The notes under the pieces: model-generated
The model's database searches: none
Told to the model about the DNA's origin: nothing
What the model saw: only the letters and a program-made list of their open reading frames with translations
Position numbers and translations under genes: made by a program
Part shown: one piece after another, positions 12,861-25,246 of the stretch
Layout of the letters: every line of letters starts with the position of its first letter
How positions within the stretch are numbered: position 1 is the first letter of the stretch
NCBI RefSeq assembly: GCF_001194135.2
Contig: NC_068994.1
Coordinates: 49,319,536 to 49,380,406 of the forward strand
DNA from: Octopus bimaculoides
Taxonomy: Eukaryota
Length of the DNA stretch: 60,871 bases
Direction of reading: 5' to 3'

Positions 12861-12972
12861 ATGGTTTCTCAACCTAATATGTACGTGCTATTATTATTTA
12901 TAACTTTATGCTATGGATTTCGAGAAACAATTCCACAAAGGAATTACACACGTCTTATATATATATGTCCAG
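12861..12972 (+). CDS. Candidate first coding exon of a secreted or membrane protein
   Basis: CAAAATGG start context; MVSQPNMYVLLLFITLCYG-FRETIPQRNYTRLIYICP has a hydrophobic core, C(-3)/G(-1) and an NYT sequon; ends CAG|GTATTA (phase 1). Confidence 0.25.
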
Positions 12973-13179
12973 GTATTAGTGCGCTACGGCTGTTTCAAGT
13001 GGCTCCATTTAATCGACCAGTGCAAGCTTTACATCTATTTGAAATAACCCAGACATCTTTGTTACTTATTTGCTTTTTATTCACCTAACTTCGAGCTCTC
13101 CGGACAATACCGGACTGACTTGGTGCCACAACGTAAGTACCTAATTCAACTGAATCTTAATTATTTCTCTCTCTCTCTT

Positions 13180-13275
<96 letters not shown>

Positions 13276-13300
13276 CATAGATATATATTTATATTCATAG

Positions 13301-13342
13301 TAGACAGTGCTATGCAGCTTTGTTCAAGGTTTACCCTTGCGG
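13301..13342 (+). CDS. Candidate 42-nt phase 1-1 exon
   Basis: TTTATATTCATAG| acceptor and consensus G|GTGAGT donor; in frame with the 12861 exon, giving (V)DSAMQLCSRFTLA. Confidence 0.2.
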
Positions 13343-13460
13343 GTGAGTTCGCTTCAGCCACTGCCATGCGTTAAAAACGTTGGAGAACCAAACCGCCGGA
13401 GACATGGTCACTATTAAAAGCATTCAAGGTAATTTTTCATTAGGCGTGCTATTCAGAAAG

Positions 13461-13489
13461 TCTCGCGGACCACAGTTTGCCCATGACTG
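13461..13489. mobile_element. hAT (Charlie-like) terminal inverted repeat, one end only
   Basis: Reverse complement is CAGTCATGGGCAAACTGTGGTCCGCGAG, resembling Charlie-type termini; followed by GCCTAGAT, close to the NTCTAGAN target preference. Confidence 0.55.
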
Positions 13490-13849
13490 GCCTAGATATC
13501 GACTAGCTTGAGAGAATGTGCAGATATCGACTGACTGGTTAGCAATGTCTACTTGTTGACAAAAGACACAGATACCTTATATCAAACGTTAATTGCATAG
13601 ATAGGTGGTACATTATGTAGATGTTGTCTGCCTAGATTAATCACAGTCTCTAATTTATAAATCTATAGACATAAACGGTCTTGAGGTGTTGATCAGAAAC
13701 AAGCAGACACAAACTCAATCGACAGACACAATCTATAGAAGTTGACAGGATCGATGGCGATAATGTTTAGATTTTAAAGTGGTTTGGGAGTTACTCAGAC
13801 TAATTAGACACAAGTTTTAGATGCTGACTGCATGAATTGACACGGTTTG

Positions 13850-13942
13850 TACGAGGGGGTGTGCTGAGCAGTTCCTGGCTTTGGGTAAAAGAAAATGTAC
13901 AGGCGGTTCAGTTAATTATGATTTTTTTATCAACATATTGCT
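13850..13942. mobile_element. Tc1/mariner-derived MITE end
   Basis: TA-CGAGGGGGTGTGCTGAGCAGTTCCTGGCTTT resembles mariner TACGAGGG termini and starts at a TA. Confidence 0.6.
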
Positions 13943-14004
13943 TACACCCGCCATATTGTTCCGGGTTCAGTCATACTGCGTGCCACTGTCATGTATATAT
14001 TATA

Positions 14005-14050
14005 TATTGGGTTGTCCGGAAAGTTCGTGCCAGTTTATAGTAGCTTACCT
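14005..14050 (+). mobile_element. Second mariner-type TIR fragment
   Basis: TA-TTGGGTTGTCCGGAAAGTTCGTGCC resembles TATT(A/G)GGTTGG mariner termini; compare 38310-38341. Confidence 0.55.
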
Positions 14051-14075
14051 TTCCACTTATTTGCCATTAACACGG

Positions 14076-14308
14076 CGGTTACCTGGCAGAAACGTTAGCA
14101 CGCTGGGCGAAATAAATACTTAGTGTTATTGAGTCTGTCTTTATGTCCTGAGTTCAAATTCCGCCGAGGTAGGCTTTGTCTTTGTCTTTTTATGCTTTCG
14201 GGGTTATACATTAAGTACCAGTTGTGTACTGAGGTCGATCTAATCGACTACCTCCTCCGCAAAAAAAAAAAAAAGAAAATTAGGGGCCTTGTGCCTAGAA
14301 TAGAAAAG
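14076..14308 (+). mobile_element. SINE-A, tail type 2
   Basis: TGGCAGAAACGTTAGCACG...GAGTTCAAATTCCGCCGAGG...GGCCTTGTGCCTAGAATAGAAAAG. Confidence 0.88.
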
Positions 14309-14584
14309 AGTGACACTAACAAACACACAGAGTTAATACCACACACATACACGCTACCACACGGAGAGTTACCACCACACGCACACACGCTACTATGCGC
14401 ACACACAATTACGTTTACTGCCACACACGCATGCTACCATACATACACACACTACAACACACACACACACACACACGCATACAGACCATTTTTTAACTCT
14501 CCTGTTCTAGAAAGCATTTTCTCTCCATTACCTACTTCGGGTCATTTATTTCAAAAATGTAACAGCACGTGATTACTACCGATT

Positions 14585-14765
14585 TTTTTTCTTTTTTCCT
14601 CCTACGTCTTGAACTTTACTGTTACTTCCTGTTTCCGAAGAAGAGCTATGCTCGAAACGTAAAACTACAACTCCTTTTCTTCTCTGAGCGTCTTATTAAT
14701 ACCTTGCTTGTGCCACGTCCGAATACTTCTTTATGTTTATCCATTTTTTATATATGTATTCTTTC
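14585..14765 (+). mobile_element. Penelope-like pseudo-LTR remnant
   Basis: Related to 1313-1500: GAAGAGC.ATGCTCGAAACGT...GAGCGTCTTATTAATAC. Confidence 0.6.
14631..14665 (+). ncRNA. Minimal type I hammerhead motif (variant core CCGAAGA)
   Basis: GUUU-CCGAAGA-A-GAGC-UAU-GCUC-GAAACGUA-AAAC: stems I and II pair; U4 replaced by C. Confidence 0.62.
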
Positions 14766-14817
14766 AGCAAAAATTTCTCTCATTCTTTCTTCCTGTTTCT
14801 GTTGTACCTGTCTTTCA

Positions 14818-14910
14818 AAGGGACACTCTGTGTCACGCGGAATCTCCCCGACAACTACGCTAAAGGTACACGTGTCTGTGGAGTGCTCAGCCCCTTGCAC
14901 GTTAATTTTA
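14818..14910 (+). mobile_element. Interspersed repeat module D
   Basis: TGTGTCACGC...GTGTCTGTGGAGTGCTCAGCC.CTTGCACGTTAATTT recurs at 46990-47150 and 55695-55862. Confidence 0.8.
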
Positions 14911-15143
14911 TACACAAAATTTATAAGGAGCGGAATATAGGCTACATATGTTTCTTAACTAGCTGAAGTTGCTTATGACATTAGGTGGCTAGCCTGGCGA
15001 ATCATGAGTTGTTCATTTCTTACGGCGTTGTCAACTTCGTGGTGGTAATTTTGGCCTGATGAGTAGCTACACTGAGGAAAGCTAAAGGAGGTTACTCAGC
15101 TCTAGTACGTCACCCGAAAGCACATGGCTATTACAACTGATAT

Positions 15144-15145
<2 letters not shown>

Positions 15146-15208
<63 letters not shown>

Positions 15209-15332
15209 ATGCTGCTGCTACTACCACTACTACTACTACTACTACTAATACTACTACTGCTACTGCTACTGCTGCTGCTGCTGCTGCTTTTCTAGTGTTG
15301 TTGTTGCTGCTGCTGCTGCTGCTGTTGCTGCT
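15146..15332. repeat. Compound (ACT)n/(GCT)n trinucleotide repeat
   Basis: Direct observation; source of poly-T/A/L ORFs. Confidence 0.97.
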
Positions 15333-15424
15333 ACCAAAATGTCACTTCATTGAGCTTCTTTGAACCGATGAAATGAGCAAGAAATAGCAGTCAAATCTCC
15401 ACCAAGTGGTCATAATCAGAAACA

Positions 15425-15491
15425 CGTTGGACGAAATGCCGCTTCGTATCTTGCCAGACGTGCTTAACGATTCTGCCAGCTCACCGCCTTA
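15425..15491 (-). mobile_element. SINE-A head fragment
   Basis: Reverse complement is TAAGGCGGTGAGCTGGCAGAATCGTTAAGCACG. Confidence 0.85.
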
Positions 15492-15819
15492 ATGTAATCT
15501 TACAATCCTGTCAAAATGACAGGATTGTCATGGCTGGGATGCCTTTGATTATACATCTGCACGCTCATGGCTGACACGTGACAACTACACAACAGACATT
15601 ACCACCACCACCACCACCACCACCACCGGCAAAACGACGAGACGGCGACGACCACCATCCCCGTCACCACCACTGCCGCCACCGCCACCACCACTATCAC
15701 CAACACTACATTAAATAATATTAATGAGGAAAAAAATAACTAATTTTCAGAATTAATTGATCAATTAATTAAGATCATTAAATATGTCAGACACCGGTGG
15801 TAGTGATAATCACCTGGCG

Positions 15820-16385
15820 GTAGTTATAGCAACGGTGGCGGTGCTAGTATAGGGGGTAGTAGTAGTAGTGGTGGTGGTAGTATCATTATTATTATTAGTA
15901 GTAGTGGTAGTGGTGGTGGTGGTGGTGGTGGTGGTGGTAGTAGTGGTACCGGTAGTAACGTAGTGATCGTTGTAGTGCTGGAAGTAGTAGTGCTTGTTGT
16001 AGCTTTATTGGTACTACATTTTGTGTTAAGTAGTTTTGGTAGTAGTAGTAGTAGTAGTAGTAGTAGAAGTAGTGTTGATTCTAGTGTCAATAGGTACTGA
16101 TAGTAATAGTGACGTTACTGTTAAAAGTAGTAGGGGTAAATGTGGAGGTGGTGGCAGTGTTGTCATAATATTTATGGTTATTATGCTGGAGGTAGTGCCA
16201 ATGGTAGTGGTGGTAAGGGTGGTGATAGTCTTGTTGTTAACAGTGGTAGTGGTAGTCATGTACGCAGTATTATTATTATTATTATTATTTTATGTTTGAC
16301 TTTTGTTTTGCATTTGTACAAGTTGGATCCAAGTCTCACCCAGAGACCTCAAGAGACAACAAGTTAGAAGTTTATGTAGGTGTTA

Positions 16386-16428
<43 letters not shown>

Positions 16429-16470
16429 GTTATTATTATTATTATTATTATTATTAGTAGTAGTAGTAGT
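15820..16470. repeat. Degenerate (GTA/GGT)n and (TTA)n low-complexity block
   Basis: Direct observation. Confidence 0.95.
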
Positions 16471-16696
16471 AGTCGTAAGAAATGTTGGTATTATTTTCAT
16501 TATTGAAGGCGCGTATTTTTCTTCCATTATCCAATCTACTTTCGCATATTCTGTTTCTTGGCAAAGGACCGTACAACGAATCTGCTTATATAACAATGAT
16601 ATAACCATTATGTTATATCATTATTATAATCTGTTTTAAGATTATAATAATCTCTTCAAGATTACTATAATCTTGCTGGTTGAGCCGTTGAACCGT

Positions 16697-16897
16697 TAGC
16701 TGGTTGAACCGTTATCACGCCGAGTAAATGCTCAGCTGCCCGTTTTTACGTTCTGAGTTCAAATTGCACCGAGGCTGACTTTGCCTCTCATCCCTTCAAG
16801 ATCGAAGAGACAAGTACCAGTTGAGCATTGAGTTTGATGCAATTGACTCGGATCAACCCCAAAAGTTTCAGGCCTTGTGCCTATAGTAGAAAGGATT
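16697..16897 (+). mobile_element. SINE-A, tail type 2, diverged
   Basis: TTACGTTCTGAGTTCAAATTGCACCGAGG...GGCCTTGTGCCTATAGTAGAAAGGATT. Confidence 0.85.
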
Positions 16898-17557
16898 GTT
16901 ATAGCCTGTTTCTTCACAAAGACGCCACAGTTTGAAGTGTTTCTGTTCCTTCCTTAAAGCTTGAAATTAGATTGCATTCCGTTTGTGTTGCTTTTCCTTC
17001 TTCACGTATTTTAGATACTTTAGCTAACGCTGACACATCTTCGACTTCCAGATTAAACTGGATTAACTGTGGATTATTATATTACTAAAAAGCTCCGTGG
17101 ATATTTTACTTTTTATTTTTTATGACTGAGCTCAAACACTTTTTGCCCTGCATAATTACTTTATACAATTGTCCAAACACACGCAGATACGCGCACAGAC
17201 TCACGCAAATACACTCATAAAAACTGCTTATCGAAAATCCATACATGCCCACGTAGACAAGAAAATGCACATAATATATGATGCTCTTACATCTGAGCTC
17301 TTTGACCAGAACAATATTTCTTCTAAGAAAAATCAGCCACCTTAATTATTAGCGTTCGCATTATGCAAGATGCCTCATTTTCTTCTCTTGACAAAGTGCA
17401 CCTATCCGAAACGTTATGTTTCTTCTGTTTGTTCTTATCTTATCTTTAAGGTCTGCTGCTTTTTCCATTGTTGTTTTGTTGTTGTTGCTACTGCTGCTGC
17501 TCTTGTTCCTTTGCAGAATGTCAACCTCGATCAAACAGATCTATATATAATATAAGT

Positions 17558-17862
17558 GAAGGTACATGGCCTAGTGGTTAGAGCAGCGGAATTGCAGTCG
17601 AGGATCACGGGGTCAAATCTCAGACCGGGCGATGTGTGTGTTTATGAGCGAAACATCTAAGCTCCACACGGCTCTGGTAGAAGGTAATGGTGAACTTCTG
17701 CTGACTCTTTTGCCACAACTTTCTCTCACTCTTTCCTCCTGCATCTAGCAGCTCACCTGCGATGGACCGGCGTCCCGTCCAGGTGGGGAACCTATACGCC
17801 AATGAAACCGGGAAACCGGCCCTTATGAGACAGGCTTGGCTCGGGAAGGAACAGACAAAAAC
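17558..17862 (+). mobile_element. SINE-C (tRNA head, RTE-like tail)
   Basis: A-box TGGCCTAGTGGTT; GCGATGGACCGGCGTCCCGTCCAG and GAAACCGGGAAACCGG tail shared with 22.7 kb. Confidence 0.85.
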
Positions 17863-17889
17863 AACATATATGATATAAAGTAATCCGTT

Positions 17890-18260
17890 TCAGCCATGAC
17901 TATCCCATCAGTTTTTGGATACAAGACAATATAAATCCACTGTTTTCCTTCCATTAAAAAAGCAACAACAACAATAAGAGAGGATAAAATGTGATTGAGC
18001 TGCATTAGTTGTTATTTCTAGCATGTCTGGTGATCAAGCATAGGGTCCTGCTTGAAGATGTGGCTCTTAACGATGTAAGGCAGGAAGTATGACTTATACT
18101 GTTGTTGTTATTGTTATTGTTGTTGTTGTTGTTGTTTAACCTTCAGATCAACTCGTTCGAGCAGACTTACAGTCAAATAATTTCCACCCATGACCATCCT
18201 GTCATCAGCTTTTATTCAGACACAGTGCATCAAGGGTAACATTATTCAGCTCGACCTTCC
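17890..18260 (+). mobile_element. Fragments of interspersed repeat E
   Basis: GAGCAGAC.TA.GATCAAA...CCA(G/C)CCATGACCATCC and TGTGATT...GCTATTT.TAGC segments recur at 23670-23810, 40165-40220, 40510-40600 and, inverted, 59820-59900. Confidence 0.55.
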
Positions 18261-18349
18261 TCTTTCGTAAATCACTAGCCTATGACTTCTAGCACGATAA
18301 TCGACCGCGTAGGGGCCTTTTCATTAACACATCATGTAACGGTGAACGG

Positions 18350-18885
18350 TGGAGGTGTTACTAATGGTGTTGTTGGCGGTGTATTGATGGGGACGCAGCG
18401 ATGGTGGTGGTGGTGGTGGTAGAAGTAGTAGATGCGGTGGCAGTTGTGGTGGTGACGGTGATGTTGGTAGTTCAAGCAGTGATGAATATATTGATATTGA
18501 TGCTGTTGGGAAAATGGTGGCGATGGTTTTGGTTGTGGTGAGGATACTGACTGTGGTAGTGGTAGTGGTGTGGGAGGAGGTACGGGTAATAGTATTAGGA
18601 TTATCGGTGGTGTTCGTGGTGGTGAAAATGGTAGTGGTGGCAGAAGTAGTAAATGTACTGCTTGTAGTAGTACTGGTAGTAGTAGAGGTGGTAGTAGTAA
18701 TGGTGGCGGTGGTGGTAACGGTGGTTGTGTTGGTCGTCGTAGGAGACGATAGTGGTGGTGGTAATGGTGATGTAGTTATTGATGATAATGATGGTCGTGG
18801 TGGTGGTCATGGTGGCGGTGGTGGTAGTGGTTGCGGTGATAGTGTTTGTGGTGGTATTAGTGGTAGTCGTGGCAGGGTTGGGTGA
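18350..18885. repeat. Degenerate (GGT/GTA)n low-complexity block
   Basis: Direct observation; source of poly-V/G/H ORFs. Confidence 0.95.
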
Positions 18886-19684
18886 AGTAATAATCTTTTA
18901 TTAATGCGGCCACGATGCTTAATTTCTTCAAATAATTGTCGCACACAAACGTATCCCACCACCCTACNNNNNNNNNNNNNNNNNNNNNNNNNNNNNNNNN
19001 NNNNNNNNNNNNNNNNNNNNNNNNNNNNNNNNNNNNNNNNNNNNNNNNNNNNNNNNNNNNNNNNNNNNNNNNGCACCAAATAATCGAACAAACAAACAAA
19101 CAAACAAACAAAGTAAAAATGACAGAAGGAAAGAAAGAAGAAAAGATATAAACAAACAAACAAACACACAAACAAATAAATAAATAAATGATGAGACGAA
19201 GAAAAGGAACAAGAGAGCGAAAACACGGTTCAAATGATAAAGATGAATAAATTAAAGCAAAAATATTAAAAAAATAATGAAAATAATTATATAGCCTCAA
19301 AAAGACACCACCCACACCACACAACAACAATAACAATAACAGCAAAAACAAAGACAACAAAACAAAAAAACCACAATGATACCAACACATGTAGACTTAA
19401 GATTAATATTGTCTTTGTGTGTGTGTGTGTGTGCTTGCGTGTGGGAGCATATGTGTGTGAATGTGAGTGTGTATGTGAATGCATGTGCGCGTGTGTCTGT
19501 GTGGATGTGTGTGTGTATGCCAAAATCTGTACGCGAATCAATGTGTATGGTTTTAGTTATATACATGGAGATGTTTACGTGTATTTGGGGGACATGTACG
19601 TGTTTATGTGTGGGAATGCGCATGTGTCTGCATTTCTGGACGTGTCTCACTGCATAGTAATAAAAATAATGATGATAATCATTA

Positions 19685-20899
<1,215 letters not shown>

Positions 20900-21319
20900 G
20901 ATGTGTTTATATGTGTCTTCGTAGGTGTTCGCATGTGTATGACGGTATATTATAATTGGTTACACGTATCCATATATACGTGAATGCGTATTATACATTT
21001 GTGCGCATGCGTGCCCATAACTGCGTAACTGTCTGCATATGTGCCTGAACATGGCTGCATATGTATATGGACCACCGTAATCTAGTATGCATGAGTATGG
21101 GACAATGTTTGCATTGTCTTCTCGTCTATTGCTTTCTATTTTTCCTCTTGTATTCTAATTGATTTCACTGTAATTCTATACGTGTCAGGGTTGAATCATT
21201 TTTGCTCTAAAAGTATTTAACGCTAATCTTATCAAAATTTACAACCATAACACAACGCCACCTTCATCTGCGCCTGCATAAAGTCCGCCACCAAATAGCA
21301 CAAAAGTACAGCGCCATCA

Positions 21320-21550
21320 GAACCACCACCACCACCACTACCACCACCACCACTACCACCACTGACAACAACAACGACGTCGACGACGATGACAACGATG
21401 ACAATGCTATAAACACCACGGCAACAATTAACAACGCCATGCTTGTCATCAACATGAATCCACCATCACAAATTCCGCCATTAACACGACGACGACGACC
21501 ACCACCACCACCACCACCACTACCACCACCTCCAGCAACATCAGCAGCGC
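21320..21550. repeat. (CAC/GAC/AAC)n low-complexity block
   Basis: Direct observation. Confidence 0.9.
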
Positions 21551-21569
21551 CACCACTCGGTTGCTACTC

Positions 21570-21673
21570 ATTTACGGCTGAACAGGACACATCGTGTCGT
21601 CCGATCCAGGAATCGAACCCATGACATTAAGATCGTTAGCCGAATATGCTAAACTTGGAACCATGCGACTTCA
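21570..21673 (-). mobile_element. SINE-C head fragment
   Basis: Minus strand has B-box GGGTTCGATTCCTGGATCGGACGAC followed by TGTGTCCTG, as in the 22.7 kb copy. Confidence 0.7.
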
Positions 21674-22325
21674 CAACACAATAACTATACGTTAACGACA
21701 ACGCTCATGTTTGTTTGTTTCATCTGCTGAGAATAACGGCCGTATCGTCTGCAAATCAAGCTCAACATACAACAGGTTTAACACTAAGGGCAATAATACT
21801 TCCTTCAACGCGACAAGCGGTATGAAAAAGCATTTAATTTTCCATAGATTAATTAAAAAAAAAAAACCTAACTCGTTTATGTTTAGATTATTGAGAATGT
21901 TCAACGTTAAGAAGAATGCTGACGGCACAGAGTAAGTTTCTGGATGAAATAGAATTTCAGGGTTAAATGTTGCGACGGAAATCGTTAAATCTTTTCGAGC
22001 GTTAAGAAGGATGTCCTTGGATAATAAAGAAAAACCATCAAGTTTAACAAAAATTCTACAACGTTATTAAAATTGTTCAACTCAAAATATGCATAATAGC
22101 GTTTAAGATTCACCAAGGTTAAGATTAAATACTTTTATGTTCATGTCATGGAGAATGTTCAATAAGAAAAGTACTGATGGTTTTCAGAAATTTCCAAGGC
22201 AGAGGTCAAGGTTAAAAAATGGTGTGTCATATATCTCTAAAACTATTTGCAAATCCTAGTACCGCTGTTTTCTGGTATGTGTCGACGTCTGTCCTGATAG
22301 GTAATTTAACAATGTCCTTACAAAA

Positions 22326-22362
<37 letters not shown>

Positions 22363-22670
22363 CANNNNNNNNNNNNNNNNNNNNNNNNNNNNNNNNNNNN
22401 NNNNNNNNNNNNNNNNNNNNNNNNNNNNNNNNNNNNNNNNNNNNNNNNNNNNNNNNNNNNNNNNNNNNNNNNNNNNNNNNNNNNNNNNNNNNNNNNNNNN
22501 NNNNNNNNNNNNNNNNTCCTCTTGTACCAAATATATTTACGACTATTTTTCCATAGTCTTTTATTGCGTGCGTTCATTTCCCGATAGAACACAAATCCGT
22601 ATGCCATGGATATGTGCAATGTTCTCCTTGCTTTGGTTTTTTTCTTTGTATGTATGTCTATGTATGTGTG

Positions 22671-22895
22671 GAGGCGCGTGGCTTAGTGGTTCGGGTGTCA
22701 GCATCATGATCGTAAGATTGTGGTTTCGATTCCTGGACCGGGCGACGCGTTGTGTTCTTGAGCAAAACACTTCATTTCACGTTGCTCCAGTCTACTCAGC
22801 TAGCAAAAATGAGTAACGCTGCGATGGACTGGCGTCCCGTCCAGCCGGGGAACACATACGCCATAGAAACTGGGAAACCGGGCCCATGAGCCTGG
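22671..22895 (+). mobile_element. SINE-C
   Basis: TGGCTTAGTGGTT A-box, GGTTTCGATTCC B-box, TGTGTTCTTGAGCAAAACACTT central domain, RTE-like tail. Confidence 0.9.
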
Positions 22896-23063
22896 CTAGG
22901 CTTTAAAGTGTGCATTTATTTATATTTTATGTCTATGTATGCGTGTACGTATGTATTTACGTAAGTATGTATGTATGTACGTACGTACGTATTTACTTAC
23001 GTATGTATATATGTATCTGTATAGCCCCCCCCCCATATATATATATATATATATGCGTGCGTG

Positions 23064-23357
23064 TACTTATTTTTAAAAACCTGGTACTTATTCTATCGGT
23101 CACTTTTACATGTAGACACACAAACACCGCCTGTCAAGTGGTGGTGGGACAAGCAAACACGAAAACACATATACACAAGCTCACACACACCCACACGCCT
23201 ATATGACAGTCTTCTTTTAGTTTCTGTCTTCCAAATCCACTCACAAAGCCCTGGTCTGCTCGAGGCTATACTAGAAGACACTTGCCCAAGGTTCCACGCA
23301 GTAGGACTGAACCCGGAACTATATAGTTGGGAAGAAACTATCTTACCACACAGCCAC
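23064..23357 (-). mobile_element. SINE-B
   Basis: Matches the 3549-3884 copy. Confidence 0.88.
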
Positions 23358-23893
23358 GATTGCTCTCATCTACGAAGCCACACCTGCACGTATATGACAG
23401 TTTATAAATTTCCTTTAGTTATACACTATCGTCTGATCGATAGTGTATAACCCTCGATTAAGACTCAGTCCCTCTCTTTAGTGATGTTCAAGAACAATAT
23501 CTGGCCTTTTATCCTTGATCTCTGTATCTGTGTCGATTTGCCACATCCCAGAGCATGGTGTCATTTTTTCATTCTTGTGTATGTGTACACCATCATTTTC
23601 AATTAGTATTTCAGTGTATGACAGCCCCCAACTCTTATATTTACCAATGTTATTGTTTATTCTTTAATAAACATTAGCCCTGTCCGAGCAGATCTATGAT
23701 TAGAGTCTCAACCGTCTCCCCTTTCAAAAAAAATAATTGTCTACCAAGGAATGAGATGTGATTTGGAGGTAATTTTGCTGCTATTTGTAGCGAGTCAATT
23801 GACCACGTTGAGACAGATTGTTTTTATTAATTCGCTCTTATTGATTTTCATGCCAATACTGTTGCTTCCTCCCCCTCCTGCCCCTACACCCCT

Positions 23894-23980
23894 TTCTTCT
23901 TCTTCTTCTTCTTCTTCTTCTTCTTCTTCTTCTTCTTCTTCTTCTTCTTCTTCTTCTTCTTCTTCTTCTTCTTCTTCTTC
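23894..23980. repeat. (TTC)n microsatellite
   Basis: Perfect run; source of the poly-E/S ORFs. Confidence 0.98.
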
Positions 23981-24844
23981 CATTAGTTGTCGTTACGTGA
24001 CGTTAAAGTCAAGAAACGTATTTTTTTTTTGCTTTTAAATTTATTATTTCCTCGTGATTGATGTCATTTTTGCTGTTGTTTAATTAATAGAAGTTGTTTG
24101 TGTTGGTCGGTGATATCTTTGTTGTTGTCGCTGTTGTTGTTGTTGCTGTTGCTGTTGCTGCTACTGTTGTAGCTTCGTATTTTATTCTTGTGTCATTTCC
24201 AACTTCTTTCTCTGAAACTCACAGAAAATCGTATTCTAAATACGTTCTCAGTGAGTTTTCGTGATTCAAGTTCGCCTTGCCGTTTGCTTTTTTTTCCTTT
24301 TTGCATGTTCTCCAGAATATTCGCCATGTGTTTATTTATTCCTTTAGTCGTAGTTGTTGTTATTCTTTTATTTATTTTTTGTGAAAATTTATTAAATGTC
24401 AAAAGGATTAACTATGTGTGTGGGTGAATATTTCTGGGTTCCTAATTGAGCATGTGTGTGATCGTGTATGTGCTTGTACATAATGTGTGTCTGTGTATAT
24501 GTGATCATGCGTGTGTGTGTGCATGTGTGTGTGTACATATATATGTGTGTGTATGTGTGTGTGTTTGTGCGTGTGTGTGTGTGTGTACTTGTATGTCTGT
24601 GCTCTGGAGCAATAGTAAAGTTTGGTGGCATGGCCAAATGGTTAGATAAGTTCGCTTCTTAATCACGAGGTTTAAGTTTCGAAATGCATTGCATAACACA
24701 CTTCATCAGGCCAGTGCCTTTTACCAAAATCTGCACCGGGTCGATGCCAATTGCGCCAAACTCACACGAAAGAACGTATGAAGAAATACTTCGAATACAG
24801 TGTAATTCACAGAGCCACAGTTATCTCCAGTTGCTATAGTCTTT

Positions 24845-25105
24845 TAAACTATAGGCACAAAGCTTCAAATTTTTCGGGGAGGAGACAGTCGATTATATCG
24901 ACCCCCAGTGCTTGACTGGTATTCTTTTCATCGACCCCGATGCATACATACATACATACATACGACGGGTTTTCACGCACTTTACTTCTAGCAAATTCAC
25001 TCGAAAAACATTGGTCAGCAGGGAGATATTATAGAAAGCATGTACCGAAGGTGTCGCGCAGTGGGATTGAAACCGAAACCACGTGATTGGAAAGCGAGTT
25101 TCTTA
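24845..25105 (-). mobile_element. SINE-A tail plus diverged SINE-B fragment
   Basis: GTCGATTATATCGACCCCAGTG.TTGACTGGTA and GTGTCGCGCAGTGGGATTGAAACC segments. Confidence 0.75.
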
Positions 25106-25202
25106 AATACATATATATATGTATGAGTGTGTGTGTTTGAGCAAGAATGCGTGCATGCATGCATGCATGCACGAATAAATGATCGTATGTGATTCCATTA
25201 AA

Positions 25203-25246
<44 letters not shown>

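Noticed and set aside
15056-15125. CTGATGA followed by hairpins and a later CGAAAG
   Set aside because: The stem after CUGAUGA closes on UCAG rather than GAAA, and no consistent three-way junction forms.
16914-17066. Minus-strand 50-codon open frame LIQFNLEVEDVSALAKVSKIREEG...VASL* after an AG
   Set aside because: No recognisable homology, and open stretches of this length are expected by chance in 50 kb.
17385-17416. TTGACAAAG...CCGAAACGTT resembling a Penelope hammerhead
   Set aside because: The core has two or more mismatches and stem II does not pair.
17558-17640. tRNA genes at SINE heads (also 22671, 3840-3884, 1969)
   Set aside because: A and B boxes are present, but no cloverleaf acceptor stem forms and each runs into a SINE body.
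21692-21928. Minus-strand ORF ...LVALKEVLLPLVLNLLYVELDLQTIRPLFSADE...
   Set aside because: Protein-like by eye only; no motif and no convincing splice pair.
24672-24712. Minus-strand CTGATGA...TTTCGAAAC
   Set aside because: It lies in a decayed SINE head and has no stem I or stem III partner; likely chance.
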